Notes: generated from the sequence alone by a model not told the origin. Counted from the first letter of the stretch, positions 30,177-39,892 are shown. The stretch is DNA of 64,000 nt from Phycisphaeraceae bacterium (GCA_963674705.1 OY771506.1:2752001-2816000); one strand, 5' to 3'. Made by a program: numbers and translations.

Positions 30177-31179
30177 ATCCTCGCGCAGGGGCTTTATGCA
30201 CTACGTTGTCGGATCACATGGTCACGTGCGAGGCGGATCAGGATTTTGGCGGTCACGTAAGGTTCAACACGTCGGCCTCGCACCCATGGCGGCAGGTGCG
30301 TCAGGCCGCCGCCGAAGTTGCACAGGTTGGCCAGGCGTGTCTCGACCTGGCGGCGTGTGGCGAGCAGTCGGCGGATGAACGGTGAAGGCGAACGCATGCG
30401 TTGGATCATCGCCACACGGTGCTCGCTGTGTTGGCGTGACTGGCCCAGGCCTTTGGCGCGTCGGAAGCGGCGCGGCGTCACCAGGACGCGGCCGGCTTCG
30501 GCGGCCTGGTCATAAAGCGGGTTGGTTTCGTAGTTGGCGTCGGCCAGCAGGTAGCCTTCGCCGGGCGGCTGCTGGTCGATCATCTGCTTGGCGGCGACGC
30601 GTTCGTCGACGTTCATCGGCGTGACGCGGTAGGCGACGGGACGGTTATTATCCGCATAAATCGCGTGATATTTGTAGCCTTTCTGGAACCCGCCGGCCCC
30701 GCGGCCGATCGTCGCCCGACGGTCGGCGCTGTGCTTGGCAACGGGCAACGGCTTGCCATCGATGCGCAGGGTCAGCGCTTGTTGGGTTTGTGGTTCGAGT
30801 CGATCCATCAACACGTCCAACACTTTGCGTGTCTCGTGCCGGGCGAGTCGTCGGCTCATCGTCGATTGATCCGGCAACACCGCCGGCGGCTTGACGCCGA
30901 CCCAGTTGCGACGATCACACGCCCAGTACACCGGCCGATCATGCAGCACCGCCCAGAGATAGACACGGACGATGCGTGTAACCGGGTGCGTGAATCGGCC
31001 ACGCCGAGTGCAGGTTGCCAAGTGAGTGAGGTGTGTTGCTAAGATGTGCCACAGTTCGCGTTCCATGCTGGTGACTCCTTGTCGAGTAAGGTCGAGTAAG
31101 GCTCTCACCAGTATGGGCGCAAACGTACGAAAGCGCCAGCACTTAAAGCAAATGGCGCATAAAGCCCGTGCGCGGGGAT
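30177..31179 (-). mobile_element. Insertion sequence (~1.0 kb), IS982/IS5-like DDE element
   Basis: 23-bp inverted repeats 30177-30199 and 31157-31179 (21/23 match) around a transposase; no target duplication seen. Confidence 0.8.
30194..31066 (-). CDS. DDE transposase (290 aa)
   Basis: PDQSTMSRR, IDGKPL, GYKYH, LLADANY, RRQVE motifs; AAGGAG RBS. Confidence 0.88.
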   Translation of the reverse strand: MERELWHILATHLTHLATCTRRGRFTHPVTRIVRVYLWAVLHDRPVYWACDRRNWVGVKPPAVLPDQSTMSRRLARHETRKVLDVLMDRLEPQTQQALTLRIDGKPLPVAKHSADRRATIGRGAGGFQKGYKYHAIYADNNRPVAYRVTPMNVDERVAAKQMIDQQPPGEGYLLADANYETNPLYDQAAEAGRVLVTPRRFRRAKGLGQSRQHSEHRVAMIQRMRSPSPFIRRLLATRRQVETRLANLCNFGGGLTHLPPWVRGRRVEPYVTAKILIRLARDHVIRQRSA

Positions 31180-31288
31180 CCACGTAGAGGGATCCATTGA
31201 GCGCATGGATTCTCGTTTGTAGGGGAATGACGGCCAGGAATGATGCAAAGGGCTCTAAGTACAGGTATAGGCAATAGTAGGGGGGCGC

Positions 31289-31328
31289 AAAAAAAGAAGG
31301 CGACCCGTTTGGGCCGCCTTGCTTTTTA
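31289..31328 (-). terminator. Intrinsic terminator after histone-like gene
   Basis: AAGGCG-CCC stem with A/T tracts on both sides. Confidence 0.65.
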
Positions 31329-31457
31329 ATGGAGCTCCGAGGCGCTTTTTCAAAGTTTCTGGGCCCCCTGTCCGCCTTCATTCGGAGCGGCGGGTCGGGC
31401 CCCTGATCAATGGCCGCGTTTACGTCACGGCCGTTAAGTATTACCCGAGGGCTACAC

Positions 31458-31658
31458 TCACTTCTTCTTCTTGGTGGCCTTACGTTTGGCTTTCTTCTTG
31501 GTGGCCTTCTTGGTAGTTTTCTTCTTCGCTACCTTACGTTTGGCTTTCTTCTTGGTGGCCTTCTTGGCTACCTTCTTCTTGGTTGCTTTCTTCTTGGTGG
31601 CTTTCTTCTTGGTTGCCTTCCGCTTGGCAGCCTTCTTCTTAGCCTTCTTCTTCGCCAT
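31458..31658 (-). CDS. Lys/Ala-rich histone H1-like nucleoid protein (66 aa)
   Basis: MAKKKAKKKAAKRKATKKK... pentapeptide repeats; AAAGGA RBS. Confidence 0.75.
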   Translation of the reverse strand: MAKKKAKKKAAKRKATKKKATKKKATKKKVAKKATKKKAKRKVAKKKTTKKATKKKAKRKATKKKK

Positions 31659-31747
31659 GGGCTCGGTCCTTTCAGTTAGCCCTCGGAGCTGTGGGTCAAC
31701 TGGAATACAGATAGTCGGCGAACATATACAACCGCCGATTGCCAATC

Positions 31748-31776
31748 CTATCGGCACAGATATGAGTGCACCTTGA
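31748..31776 (-). promoter_or_regulatory. sigma28-like promoter upstream of histone-like gene
   Basis: TCAAG-N16-GCCGATAG. Confidence 0.4.
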
Positions 31777-32164
31777 GCAATATTCACTTGTCACGCAATA
31801 TCCTACATCACTTAATACAAATTTTTCAAGTCCCGACGTCAAGAAATTCTTTGCACAACATGTTTGTGGCACTCTTGCGAGACTTCTTACACGCATATTC
31901 GTTCATCGTGATGCATCAAACAACACACCACGCAACAACCAACCAGCACAGCACAACACATCGTCAATGCACGTCCAATCATCACGCGCCAATCACATGA
32001 TTCTGCGTTGATGTTCGCCTGGCAATAACCGGCTCGGACATGCATTGCTCGTCCTATGCACACGCTTTTGTATCGTTACCCGCGCGAGATGTAAGCCTTT
32101 ATTTTTAAAAGTACTTGGCGTGTTTAGCATACGCTCGTCAGCACAGGATGAAGTGTTGAAAAGC

Positions 32165-32206
32165 AAACCGCCGCCGCGTGGCTCTTGAACCTCGCGGCGG
32201 CGGCTT
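32165..32206 (-). terminator. Hairpin terminator after EF-G paralog
   Basis: CCGCCGCCGCG...CGCGGCGGCGG stem. Confidence 0.6.
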
Positions 32207-32237
32207 GAATCGTTGACTTTATCGTCTCGGCTCGTGC

Positions 32238-34307
32238 TTAATCTTCGTCCGGTTTCGGCTTGTACTCGGCGATGATCTGCTGCGCGACATGGGTCGGAAC
32301 CGGATCGTAATGGCTCAGTTCCATTGAGAATGTTCCCTGGCCGCCTGTGACAGATTTTAATTGCCCTTGGTAGTTACTGACCTCGGCCAACGGCACGATC
32401 GCGCGGATCATCGCCATATCGCCCGGCAACATGTCCGTACCCTGGATGCGGCCACGCTTGCCCGACAAATCGCCCGTTACATCGCCCATCGCGCTGCTCG
32501 GGACGGTCACTTCCATGTCCACAACGGGTTCAAGCAGCGTCGGCTTGGCCTTATTCACCGCATCGATGAACGCACGCTTGGCCGCCGTCACGAACGCGAC
32601 TTCCTTCGAGTCCACCGGGTGGTGCTTGCCGTCATAGACGCTGACCTTGATGTCCTGCATCGGGTAGCCGGCAATCGCGCCCTGCTCGATCACCTGACGC
32701 ACGCCTTTTTCGATCGCCGGGATGAACTGGCCCGGGATCGAGCCGCCGAACGTGTCGTTGGCGAACTCAAAGCCGGCGCCGCGTTCCATCGGCTCGACAC
32801 GCAGATACACCTCGCCGAACTGACCAGCCCCACCGGTCTGCTTCTTGTGACGGTGATGGCCTTCCGCCTTGCCCTGGATCGTCTCGCGATACGCGATCTT
32901 CGGCTGCTTGGTGTCCACTTCCACGTTATCACGGTGCTTGATCTTCTCGAGGATAATACGCAGGTGCAGGTCACCCACGCCGTGGATCACCGTCTCGTGC
33001 GTCGTTGCGTCACGGGTCACCTTGAACGTCGGGTCTTCTTCCTGCAATTTGTTCAACGCATCGGCGATCTTCTGCTCATCGCCGCGGCGCTTGGCCTCGA
33101 TCGCCAGACCCGCCATCGGGACGGGGTAGGGCAGGGGCAGCAGGTGCAGGTTGTCTTCATCATGCGATTCATGCAGCACGCCGTCGCGGTGTACCTCGGC
33201 AAACTTCGCGATCGCCGCGATGTCGCCGGGGATCGCTTGATCGACTTCCACGTGCTTCTTGCCCTGCAGTTTGAACAGGTGACCGATCTTGATCGGCTTT
33301 CGGCTCTCACCGTCGTGCGGATCGCTGATGAACACCTGCGTTTCTTTCGTCAGTGTCCCGCGATGCACACGGAACATGCTCAGCTTGCCCGCGAACGCAT
33401 CGACACGCACGTTGAATACATGTGCCAGCACCGGCGCTTCGGGGTCCGGCTTGACGTGAACGATCTCATCCTTGTTGCTGCCGGTAATGAACGGCCGGGG
33501 GTTGCCCTCGATCGGATTCGGCGCCAGCTTCACGATGATATCCAGCAGCTCCTTGATGCCGACCGGGTTGTCCGGATCGTTATGCGGATGCGCCGCTGTG
33601 AAGCAGATCGGGACCAGATGCCCTTCACGCAACGCACGCTCGAACGGCTCGTGCAACTGCTCGGGCTTGACCTCGCCTTGTTCGAGATAGATCTCCATCA
33701 GCTTCTCATCGACTTCCACGACCTGGTCGATGATCGCGGTGTGCGCTTCCTCGACCGAGCCGAAGTCGCTCTCACCCGACGGGCTGAAGAAGCAGTCGAC
33801 CACCGCCTTGCCGCCCTGGGCCGGGAGGTTGATTGGCAAACATTCGCCGCCGAACGTTTCTTGAATTTGAGAAACCAGTGCAGGCAGGTCGACGCCTTCC
33901 GCGTCGATCTTGTTGATCACGATCATCCGGCAGAGCTTGCGGTCTTTGGCGCGATCCATCATACGGCGCGTCAGTGATTCAATACCCGCCTGGGCGCTGA
34001 TCACGATGGCTGCCGTCTCGACCGCGGGCAGCGCGCTGATCGTCTGGCCGACGAAGTCGGGTGAACCGGGCGTATCGATGAGGTTGATGTGCCGGCCATC
34101 GTGGTCGCCGTGCACGATCGCGTTGAACAGGCTGTGACCGTGCTCTTTTTCCTCGTCCGTGAAGTCACTGAGCATATCACCGCCACGGCCCATCGCCCCG
34201 ATTGCCCCCGCCTTCCACATCAAGGCCTCGGTTAACGTTGTCTTGCCTGAACTGGCGTGCCCCACCAGGGCGATATTACGAATGTCGGAAGTGGTGTAGC
34301 TGGCCAA
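32238..34307 (-). CDS. fusA: Elongation factor G paralog (EF-G2/EF-GII-like)
   Basis: GHASSGKTT, DTPG, NKID, HKKQTGGAGQFG, DGKHHPVDS, LLEP; lacks RGITI and the switch-II His. Confidence 0.88.
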   Translation of the reverse strand: MASYTTSDIRNIALVGHASSGKTTLTEALMWKAGAIGAMGRGGDMLSDFTDEEKEHGHSLFNAIVHGDHDGRHINLIDTPGSPDFVGQTISALPAVETAAIVISAQAGIESLTRRMMDRAKDRKLCRMIVINKIDAEGVDLPALVSQIQETFGGECLPINLPAQGGKAVVDCFFSPSGESDFGSVEEAHTAIIDQVVEVDEKLMEIYLEQGEVKPEQLHEPFERALREGHLVPICFTAAHPHNDPDNPVGIKELLDIIVKLAPNPIEGNPRPFITGSNKDEIVHVKPDPEAPVLAHVFNVRVDAFAGKLSMFRVHRGTLTKETQVFISDPHDGESRKPIKIGHLFKLQGKKHVEVDQAIPGDIAAIAKFAEVHRDGVLHESHDEDNLHLLPLPYPVPMAGLAIEAKRRGDEQKIADALNKLQEEDPTFKVTRDATTHETVIHGVGDLHLRIILEKIKHRDNVEVDTKQPKIAYRETIQGKAEGHHRHKKQTGGAGQFGEVYLRVEPMERGAGFEFANDTFGGSIPGQFIPAIEKGVRQVIEQGAIAGYPMQDIKVSVYDGKHHPVDSKEVAFVTAAKRAFIDAVNKAKPTLLEPVVDMEVTVPSSAMGDVTGDLSGKRGRIQGTDMLPGDMAMIRAIVPLAEVSNYQGQLKSVTGGQGTFSMELSHYDPVPTHVAQQIIAEYKPKPDED

Positions 34308-34529
34308 CGAAGTGCCTCCTTGTGACGAGTGGTTTCAATCTGCCGGCCGATGCCCGGCGAGCAACACAGTATAAGAGGCTTTATGGTGTTTACCAACCTC
34401 GCGCTTAACCTCTTGCTAACCCTGACTTCCACCGAACATCTTATGTAATCAGCGCCTTTTATGACCCATTTACTTGGCACCGCTTTTCCCGGCCGCCGCC
34501 CATCCACCATCCGCTATTACAATCCCCGC

Positions 34530-35972
34530 ATGACCGATACCAAACGCCTTGCAAAACTCGACCACCAGCACGTCTGGCACCCGTTCACCCCCATGAAACA
34601 GTGGCGCGACGAGCAACCGCTCATCATCGACCGTGCTGAAGGCTTCCACCTTATCGATACCGAAGGCAACCGCTACATCGACGGCGTCTCCAGCCTCTGG
34701 TGCAACGTCCACGGCCACCGCGTCGGCGAAGTCGACCACGCCATCCGCAACCAACTCGACAAAGTCGCCCACTCCACCCTCCTCGGCCTCGCATCACCCC
34801 CATCCATCGAGTTCGCCGCCAAACTCTGCGACGCCGTCAACTCAAGCCTCAAGCCTCAAGCCTCACCCCTCAGCAAAGTCTTCTACTCCGACGCCGGCGC
34901 GACCGCCGTCGAAGTCGCCTTCAAAATGGCCGTCGGCTACTGGCACCACTCCGGTCATCCAGAAAAAAACAAATTCATCGGCCTCGCCGGCGCCTACCAC
35001 GGCGACACCACCGGCTCCATGAGCGTTGGTTACTGCGACCTCTTCCACAAACCCTTCGTCTCCATGGTCTTCGACGTCAAAACCTTCCCCGCCCCCGACG
35101 CCCCGCGCGCTTATGGGATTGAAGGATTGCAGATTGATCAAACACAAAGCCCGGGGATAGCTATCCCCGGGCGTTATCCCAGTGAGGATGAATCTCTCAC
35201 TGATGCACTGAAAAACCACTGCCTCACCAAACTCGACGAACTATTAACCGAGCAAGCCCACCAGACCGCCGCCGTCGTCATCGAACCCGTCATGCAAGGC
35301 GCAGCAGGCATGATCTGCCAGCCGCCCGGGTTTGTGCGAGGCGTGCGCGAGCTTTGCGACAAGCACAACGTCCTGTTCATCGCCGACGAAGTCGCCACCG
35401 GCTTCGGCCGGACCGCCGAACTGTTCGCCTGCGCCCACGACCAGGTCACCCCCGACATCCTCTGCCTCGCCAAGGGTATTACCGCCGGCTACCTGCCCCT
35501 CGCCGCCACCATCACCACCGACGCAGTCGAACAAGCCTTCTGCGGCGAACTGTCCGACCGCCGCACCCTCTACCACGGCCACACCTACACCGGCAACCCC
35601 CTCGCATGCGCCGCCGCCATCGCCAGCCTCGACCTCTTCGAGAAAAACAACATCATCAACCACGCCAAACAAAGCGCCACAATCATCGCCGACAAGCTCA
35701 ACGCCCTCCGCGACCACCCCAACATCCTCGACATACGCCAGCGCGGCCTCATGGTCGGCATCGAACTCTGCAAAGACCGCACGCAAGCTGAATCCTTCGA
35801 CTTCGCCGCCCGCACAGGCGCGAAGCTTTGCCGAAACATGCGCAATCAAGGCCTCATCATCCGCCCCCTTGGCGACACACTCGTCCTAATGCCCGCACCA
35901 GCGATGCATCATGGCACGCTTTCAGAGATACTCGACATCATCATCAACACCGTGCAGGGTTGGTCGTTTTAG
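34530..35972 (+). CDS. bioA: Adenosylmethionine-8-amino-7-oxononanoate aminotransferase
   Basis: VWHPFT, DGVSSLWCNVHGH, YHGDT, ADEVATGFGRT, AKG, HGHTYTGNP. Confidence 0.93.
   Translation: MTDTKRLAKLDHQHVWHPFTPMKQWRDEQPLIIDRAEGFHLIDTEGNRYIDGVSSLWCNVHGHRVGEVDHAIRNQLDKVAHSTLLGLASPPSIEFAAKLCDAVNSSLKPQASPLSKVFYSDAGATAVEVAFKMAVGYWHHSGHPEKNKFIGLAGAYHGDTTGSMSVGYCDLFHKPFVSMVFDVKTFPAPDAPRAYGIEGLQIDQTQSPGIAIPGRYPSEDESLTDALKNHCLTKLDELLTEQAHQTAAVVIEPVMQGAAGMICQPPGFVRGVRELCDKHNVLFIADEVATGFGRTAELFACAHDQVTPDILCLAKGITAGYLPLAATITTDAVEQAFCGELSDRRTLYHGHTYTGNPLACAAAIASLDLFEKNNIINHAKQSATIIADKLNALRDHPNILDIRQRGLMVGIELCKDRTQAESFDFAARTGAKLCRNMRNQGLIIRPLGDTLVLMPAPAMHHGTLSEILDIIINTVQGWSF
35149..35172. repeat. Perfect 24-bp palindrome inside bioA
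   Basis: GCCCGGGGATAG|CTATCCCCGGGC. Confidence 0.85.
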
Positions 35973-36019
35973 GTGAAGCAAAAGCTGGAAAACTTGAAAA
36001 CTCAAAAGCTGGAAATAAA

Positions 36020-36080
36020 AAGCGGAAAGGCGAGATGCCGCCCCTTGTGTTCATAAGGTGCTCATCCCGCCTTTCCGCTT
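36020..36080. terminator. Long hairpin between convergent bioA and anti-sigma gene
   Basis: AAGCGGAAAGGCGAGATG / CATCCCGCCTTTCCGCTT arms. Confidence 0.6.
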
Positions 36081-36124
36081 CTGGTTTTAAATCAGCAATT
36101 AAAAATTAGAAATCAGCAATTCCT

Positions 36125-38431
36125 CTACTCCCCATACCGCTTCGGGTCCTCCGGCGAGGTCGCGGCCTCGATTAACTCGTTGAATTCACCTTCATCGTGG
36201 ATCGCCTCGAAGCTTCCATCCCCGAACATCACCGTCACCACGCCGGGCCAGGTGTCGAACGGCTCGTGGAGCATCACCCGCCCGATGCCATTGGGCAGGT
36301 TTCTGGCGATGTGGATGTACACAAACGGCGGATCGGCATCAGGATGCAACGGGTTTTGCATCGCTTCACGGGTGATGTAACCGCCCTCAATAAGCTCATC
36401 CAATGTTTGCGGATGATTCCAGTTGTGGTCCGGCTTGTATTTATCCACCGCATTCTCGATATCCCGCATCACCCTTGTCATCTGCCAGTGCGCCTGCGAT
36501 GTCGCTTCATCATCAAACCCGCGCGGCAACCCTCGGCCGTTTGTGGCGGTGTAGGTGTATTTACCGACCGCAGTAGGGGGGAGGGCGATGGTTTTGCTGG
36601 CCTGTTCCTCCGTGCTGACCCGCCGTGATTGCAGTGCTGCATACGGATTGGCAGGCTGCGGCACACCCTCGGGCCAATCGAAGAACGATCCCGCCGCCGC
36701 ACCTGGGCCGACCAGATACGTAAACCTCGGCTCAAGCTCCGAAGCGTGCGGCAACGGATCATCGCTCGTCCGCGTGTACTTGGCAACCTGCTTCGGGTAC
36801 CACTTGCCCTCGATAGTTTGCGCAAGGCCCAGCACAAGCCAGCCCTCGATGCGATCGCCATATTCCCGTTCTTCGCGACGGATACACAGATGATCATGTG
36901 CGGCATCGAACGTATAGCGGACATAATTCCTCGAATTGGTATCCCGCTCTGCAATGACATCGATCCAATCCGGATGCGCCTCGTCTTGCGGCAGCAGACG
37001 CCACTGCAGTAACGGCTCCCGGATACTTCGACCATGCGGGTGCAAATTTTCCTCATCCATCCAGTGAGGCCAGGCGATAACTCGCAGCACTTGCCCCCAG
37101 AAGTTGTCGTAGCCTGCGCTCAGTAACGTCGGCTGCAACTGCGCACTGATCCTGGGCCCGCGCCCACCCGAGCCGTAATTCACCATCGCATACCGGTCGC
37201 CGAACTTAATCGCACTCGACTGAAGCTTGAAGCCCGACCCCGTCATGGCAGACCATGCCTCAGACATCACATCCCCAGGCTCAATATCACGCGCCTCCGC
37301 GAACGCCTGGAATGCATTGCTCGTCCACTGCAGCTCATCTGCCCGCCACTGTTCGCCTTTCCGAGATTCCACATAGATCGGCAGCCCCCAGCCCTGCTGG
37401 CGAGACCAGATCAGTGCGCGGTAATCCCCGAACGTTTCCCGGGCCGCCGCCGCTTTGTCATACACATCCCGTACGTCTTCGGGCAGCCTCGCACGCAAAC
37501 CGTCACTGACGTTGACATACCCCTCCGGGGCTTTCACATCGAACCAATCCGTCGGCAACACAGGCTCAAACTCAACCGTCGCGTCATACCACTCACCTGC
37601 ATAGCCTTGCTCGCTGCCCGCAGCGGTCATGCGCTGTAATGTGTTCGATTCCTTGTCAAACCAGAACGTCAACGCTTTAAGCATCGGCACACCAAAGTTT
37701 TGCTCAGGATCAACGGGCTTTAGCTGATACCCACGAAGGTCAGGATCGATAGGGTGTTTGTAATTGACCGGTTCGAAACTTACCGGAGTCTGATTGATGT
37801 CGATCTTCGCCCCGGGCGTGTCCATCTGGACCGTCATCCCGAGAAGTCCAAGGATCGTCTTCGCCGACGACGCCGGTGCGACATACGCATTGTCCGGCTC
37901 GACGTGTTCCGCCACACCGCTGGACGCGTTCCAACGCACGCCGCCCTCAGGTGTCACGATCGCGCCTTCAGTCTCGACCTCTTTGCCATCTTCATATTCG
38001 TACTCATGCAATCGCAATGTCGACGGCGCTTGCAAATACATCTCCTGCCGGCTCTCAAGCGTTTTGCCTTGATAGGAACGCACATCCAGCTTCGCGACGC
38101 GCACATCTTTCGTCTGCTTGAGCACATCCGCCCATGTCGGGTTCGTCAATCCGCCTTCAGGACCGATCGCCATCCAGATGAACATCACTACCAACACCAT
38201 CGCCGCTGCTGCGCTGATACGCATGAGCCACCTCCGGGAACGAGGAACGTTTTGAGAACCGCGCTGGCTTTGCTCAAGCAATAGCTTCGCCTTGTCCAGC
38301 GCACGCGTGGCGTCCTTCGCATCAGGCTCATACCGAGACAGCCCATCCAAAGCACGCCAGGTCGGCGACTGTTCTTCGTGGGGATTATTCCGGGGGTCAT
38401 TCGGATGATTGTTCCGGGGGTACTCATTCAT
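36125..38431 (-). CDS. Putative membrane-anchored anti-sigma factor with large periplasmic region
   Basis: ATGA-coupled to ECF sigma; single TM (RISAAAAMVLVV); C-terminal ...LDELIEGGY...VMFGDG. Confidence 0.6.
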   Translation of the reverse strand: MNEYPRNNHPNDPRNNPHEEQSPTWRALDGLSRYEPDAKDATRALDKAKLLLEQSQRGSQNVPRSRRWLMRISAAAAMVLVVMFIWMAIGPEGGLTNPTWADVLKQTKDVRVAKLDVRSYQGKTLESRQEMYLQAPSTLRLHEYEYEDGKEVETEGAIVTPEGGVRWNASSGVAEHVEPDNAYVAPASSAKTILGLLGMTVQMDTPGAKIDINQTPVSFEPVNYKHPIDPDLRGYQLKPVDPEQNFGVPMLKALTFWFDKESNTLQRMTAAGSEQGYAGEWYDATVEFEPVLPTDWFDVKAPEGYVNVSDGLRARLPEDVRDVYDKAAAARETFGDYRALIWSRQQGWGLPIYVESRKGEQWRADELQWTSNAFQAFAEARDIEPGDVMSEAWSAMTGSGFKLQSSAIKFGDRYAMVNYGSGGRGPRISAQLQPTLLSAGYDNFWGQVLRVIAWPHWMDEENLHPHGRSIREPLLQWRLLPQDEAHPDWIDVIAERDTNSRNYVRYTFDAAHDHLCIRREEREYGDRIEGWLVLGLAQTIEGKWYPKQVAKYTRTSDDPLPHASELEPRFTYLVGPGAAAGSFFDWPEGVPQPANPYAALQSRRVSTEEQASKTIALPPTAVGKYTYTATNGRGLPRGFDDEATSQAHWQMTRVMRDIENAVDKYKPDHNWNHPQTLDELIEGGYITREAMQNPLHPDADPPFVYIHIARNLPNGIGRVMLHEPFDTWPGVVTVMFGDGSFEAIHDEGEFNELIEAATSPEDPKRYGE

Positions 38432-38997
38432 GATGGACCTCCGATCCCGTTCAAAACCTTGTCGCCTTCCTCTCCCAAAACGTCCTGCATCCGCTCGCGC
38501 AAACGTCGCACCGCGTGATGACACAATCCTCTTGCCTGGTTGCCTGTCTTTCCGATCGCCTGGCCGATGTCTTCAAAAGGCATCGCGTCCATAAAACGCA
38601 TCACGATCAGGTCCCGGTCGCGCTCCTTTAAGTGTTCCAGCTCATCCAGCATCCGATCGATCAACTCCGCTTGTTCCAGTTCGATTAGCGGATGCCCATC
38701 CAATCCCTCCGGCCGCGCGTTCACCGACTCGCGCTTATGCCGCGATACGTTCCGCCTGCGCCAGTCCATCGCCAAATTCACCGCCGTCCGCCGCGCGTAG
38801 GCATAGGGATACTCAGCCCGGCCAAATCCATCCGACTCCGCCAGCCGAACCGTCAAATCCTGCAACAAATCCTCCGCCACATCCCCGCGCAACGTCAGCC
38901 GGACCAGCAGCCCATGCAGCCGCGGCCCGTCCGCCTCCAACAGTCTCAATACCCTCTCAGCGTGCCTGATTTCGACGCCTCCACACTGCTCAGCCAT
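38428..38997 (-). CDS. ECF RNA polymerase sigma factor
   Basis: AEDLLQD region 2, R.AVNLAMDWRR, region 4 L..L..RDR...FEDIG. Confidence 0.88.
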   Translation of the reverse strand: MAEQCGGVEIRHAERVLRLLEADGPRLHGLLVRLTLRGDVAEDLLQDLTVRLAESDGFGRAEYPYAYARRTAVNLAMDWRRRNVSRHKRESVNARPEGLDGHPLIELEQAELIDRMLDELEHLKERDRDLIVMRFMDAMPFEDIGQAIGKTGNQARGLCHHAVRRLRERMQDVLGEEGDKVLNGIGGPS

Positions 38998-39307
38998 TAG
39001 CCGTTAGCCATTAGCCATTAGTATCCGCGAAGCCCACGGACTCCGTCCGTGGGACCGTTCCTACACACCCCCCGGAATTGGTCTAATTCTTCACCCTACA
39101 CCCAACACCCTAAACCCTACACCCTCTTAATAAACGCACTCAACCACCCCGCGCAAACCCCTCCCACCTGCCAATTCGACACCATATATATAGTCTCCCG
39201 CCCACCCCGGCAGTCTGCCCCCGGGAGCCGTATACGGGCATATTCCATAAATGCTTTAAATAAATGTAATTATGCCAGTAATCCAAACTTCCGGGGGCTT
39301 CCGGGGG

Positions 39308-39323
39308 TGGCACCGCCATTGCA
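39308..39323 (+). promoter_or_regulatory. sigma54 -24/-12 promoter
   Basis: Exact TGGCAC-CGCCA-TTGCA, 40 nt before the response regulator start. Confidence 0.7.
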
Positions 39324-39362
39324 ACTGTTCTGGCACCTGCGGGTAGCGTCTATCCGCTGAGA

Positions 39363-39884
39363 ATGACCATGGCAGACACAACGCCACAACCCGACCCCCG
39401 GACCCCCAGGCCCAGCGCCCGGTTCAACGTCCTGCTCACCGAGGACCGCGACCACGCGCCCGGCCACTGGACCCGGCAACTCCCACGCCTGCTCCAGCCC
39501 CAAGGCGTCCAGGCTTATGTCGCCCGCACGGGTAAAGAGGCCGTCGCCCTCGTCAACGATGTCGAAATCCACGCCGCACTGATCGACCTCGCCACCCCGC
39601 AGGACGACCCCCGGAATTTGACGGGTAGTTCCAAAGGTATCGCACCCGGCGATGCCCAAGGCCTATGGGTCCTCGAAGTGCTGCGTCGCCTGCCCAACCG
39701 TCCGCCGGTCGTTGTCGTCAACAGCCGCGCCATCGCACGCGGTGAAGCGCAGCGCTGCCTCAACCAGGCTCTGCGCCTCGGCGCGTTCACCGTCGTGAAC
39801 CGACCCAGCGACATCGAAGACATGCTCAACGTCATCCGCCGACTCATCGACCGCCAATACGAAGGAGCCTGGCCCGCGAATTGA
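39363..39884 (+). CDS. Single-domain response regulator (receiver)
   Basis: VLLTED, ALIDL (phospho-Asp), ALRLGAF...RP (conserved Lys replaced by Arg). Confidence 0.75.
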   Translation: MTMADTTPQPDPRTPRPSARFNVLLTEDRDHAPGHWTRQLPRLLQPQGVQAYVARTGKEAVALVNDVEIHAALIDLATPQDDPRNLTGSSKGIAPGDAQGLWVLEVLRRLPNRPPVVVVNSRAIARGEAQRCLNQALRLGAFTVVNRPSDIEDMLNVIRRLIDRQYEGAWPAN

Positions 39885-39892
39885 AAACACAT

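Noticed and set aside
31067..31381. N-terminal extension of the transposase ORF (395 aa)
   Set aside because: The extension crosses the inverted repeat; a good RBS supports the start at 31066.
32361..33977. Long antisense ORFs (also 41189-42241, 55673-57142, 60141-61202, 63043-63678)
   Set aside because: Shadow frames of strongly codon-biased genes (EF-G, groEL, gpmI, bioB, aminotransferase).
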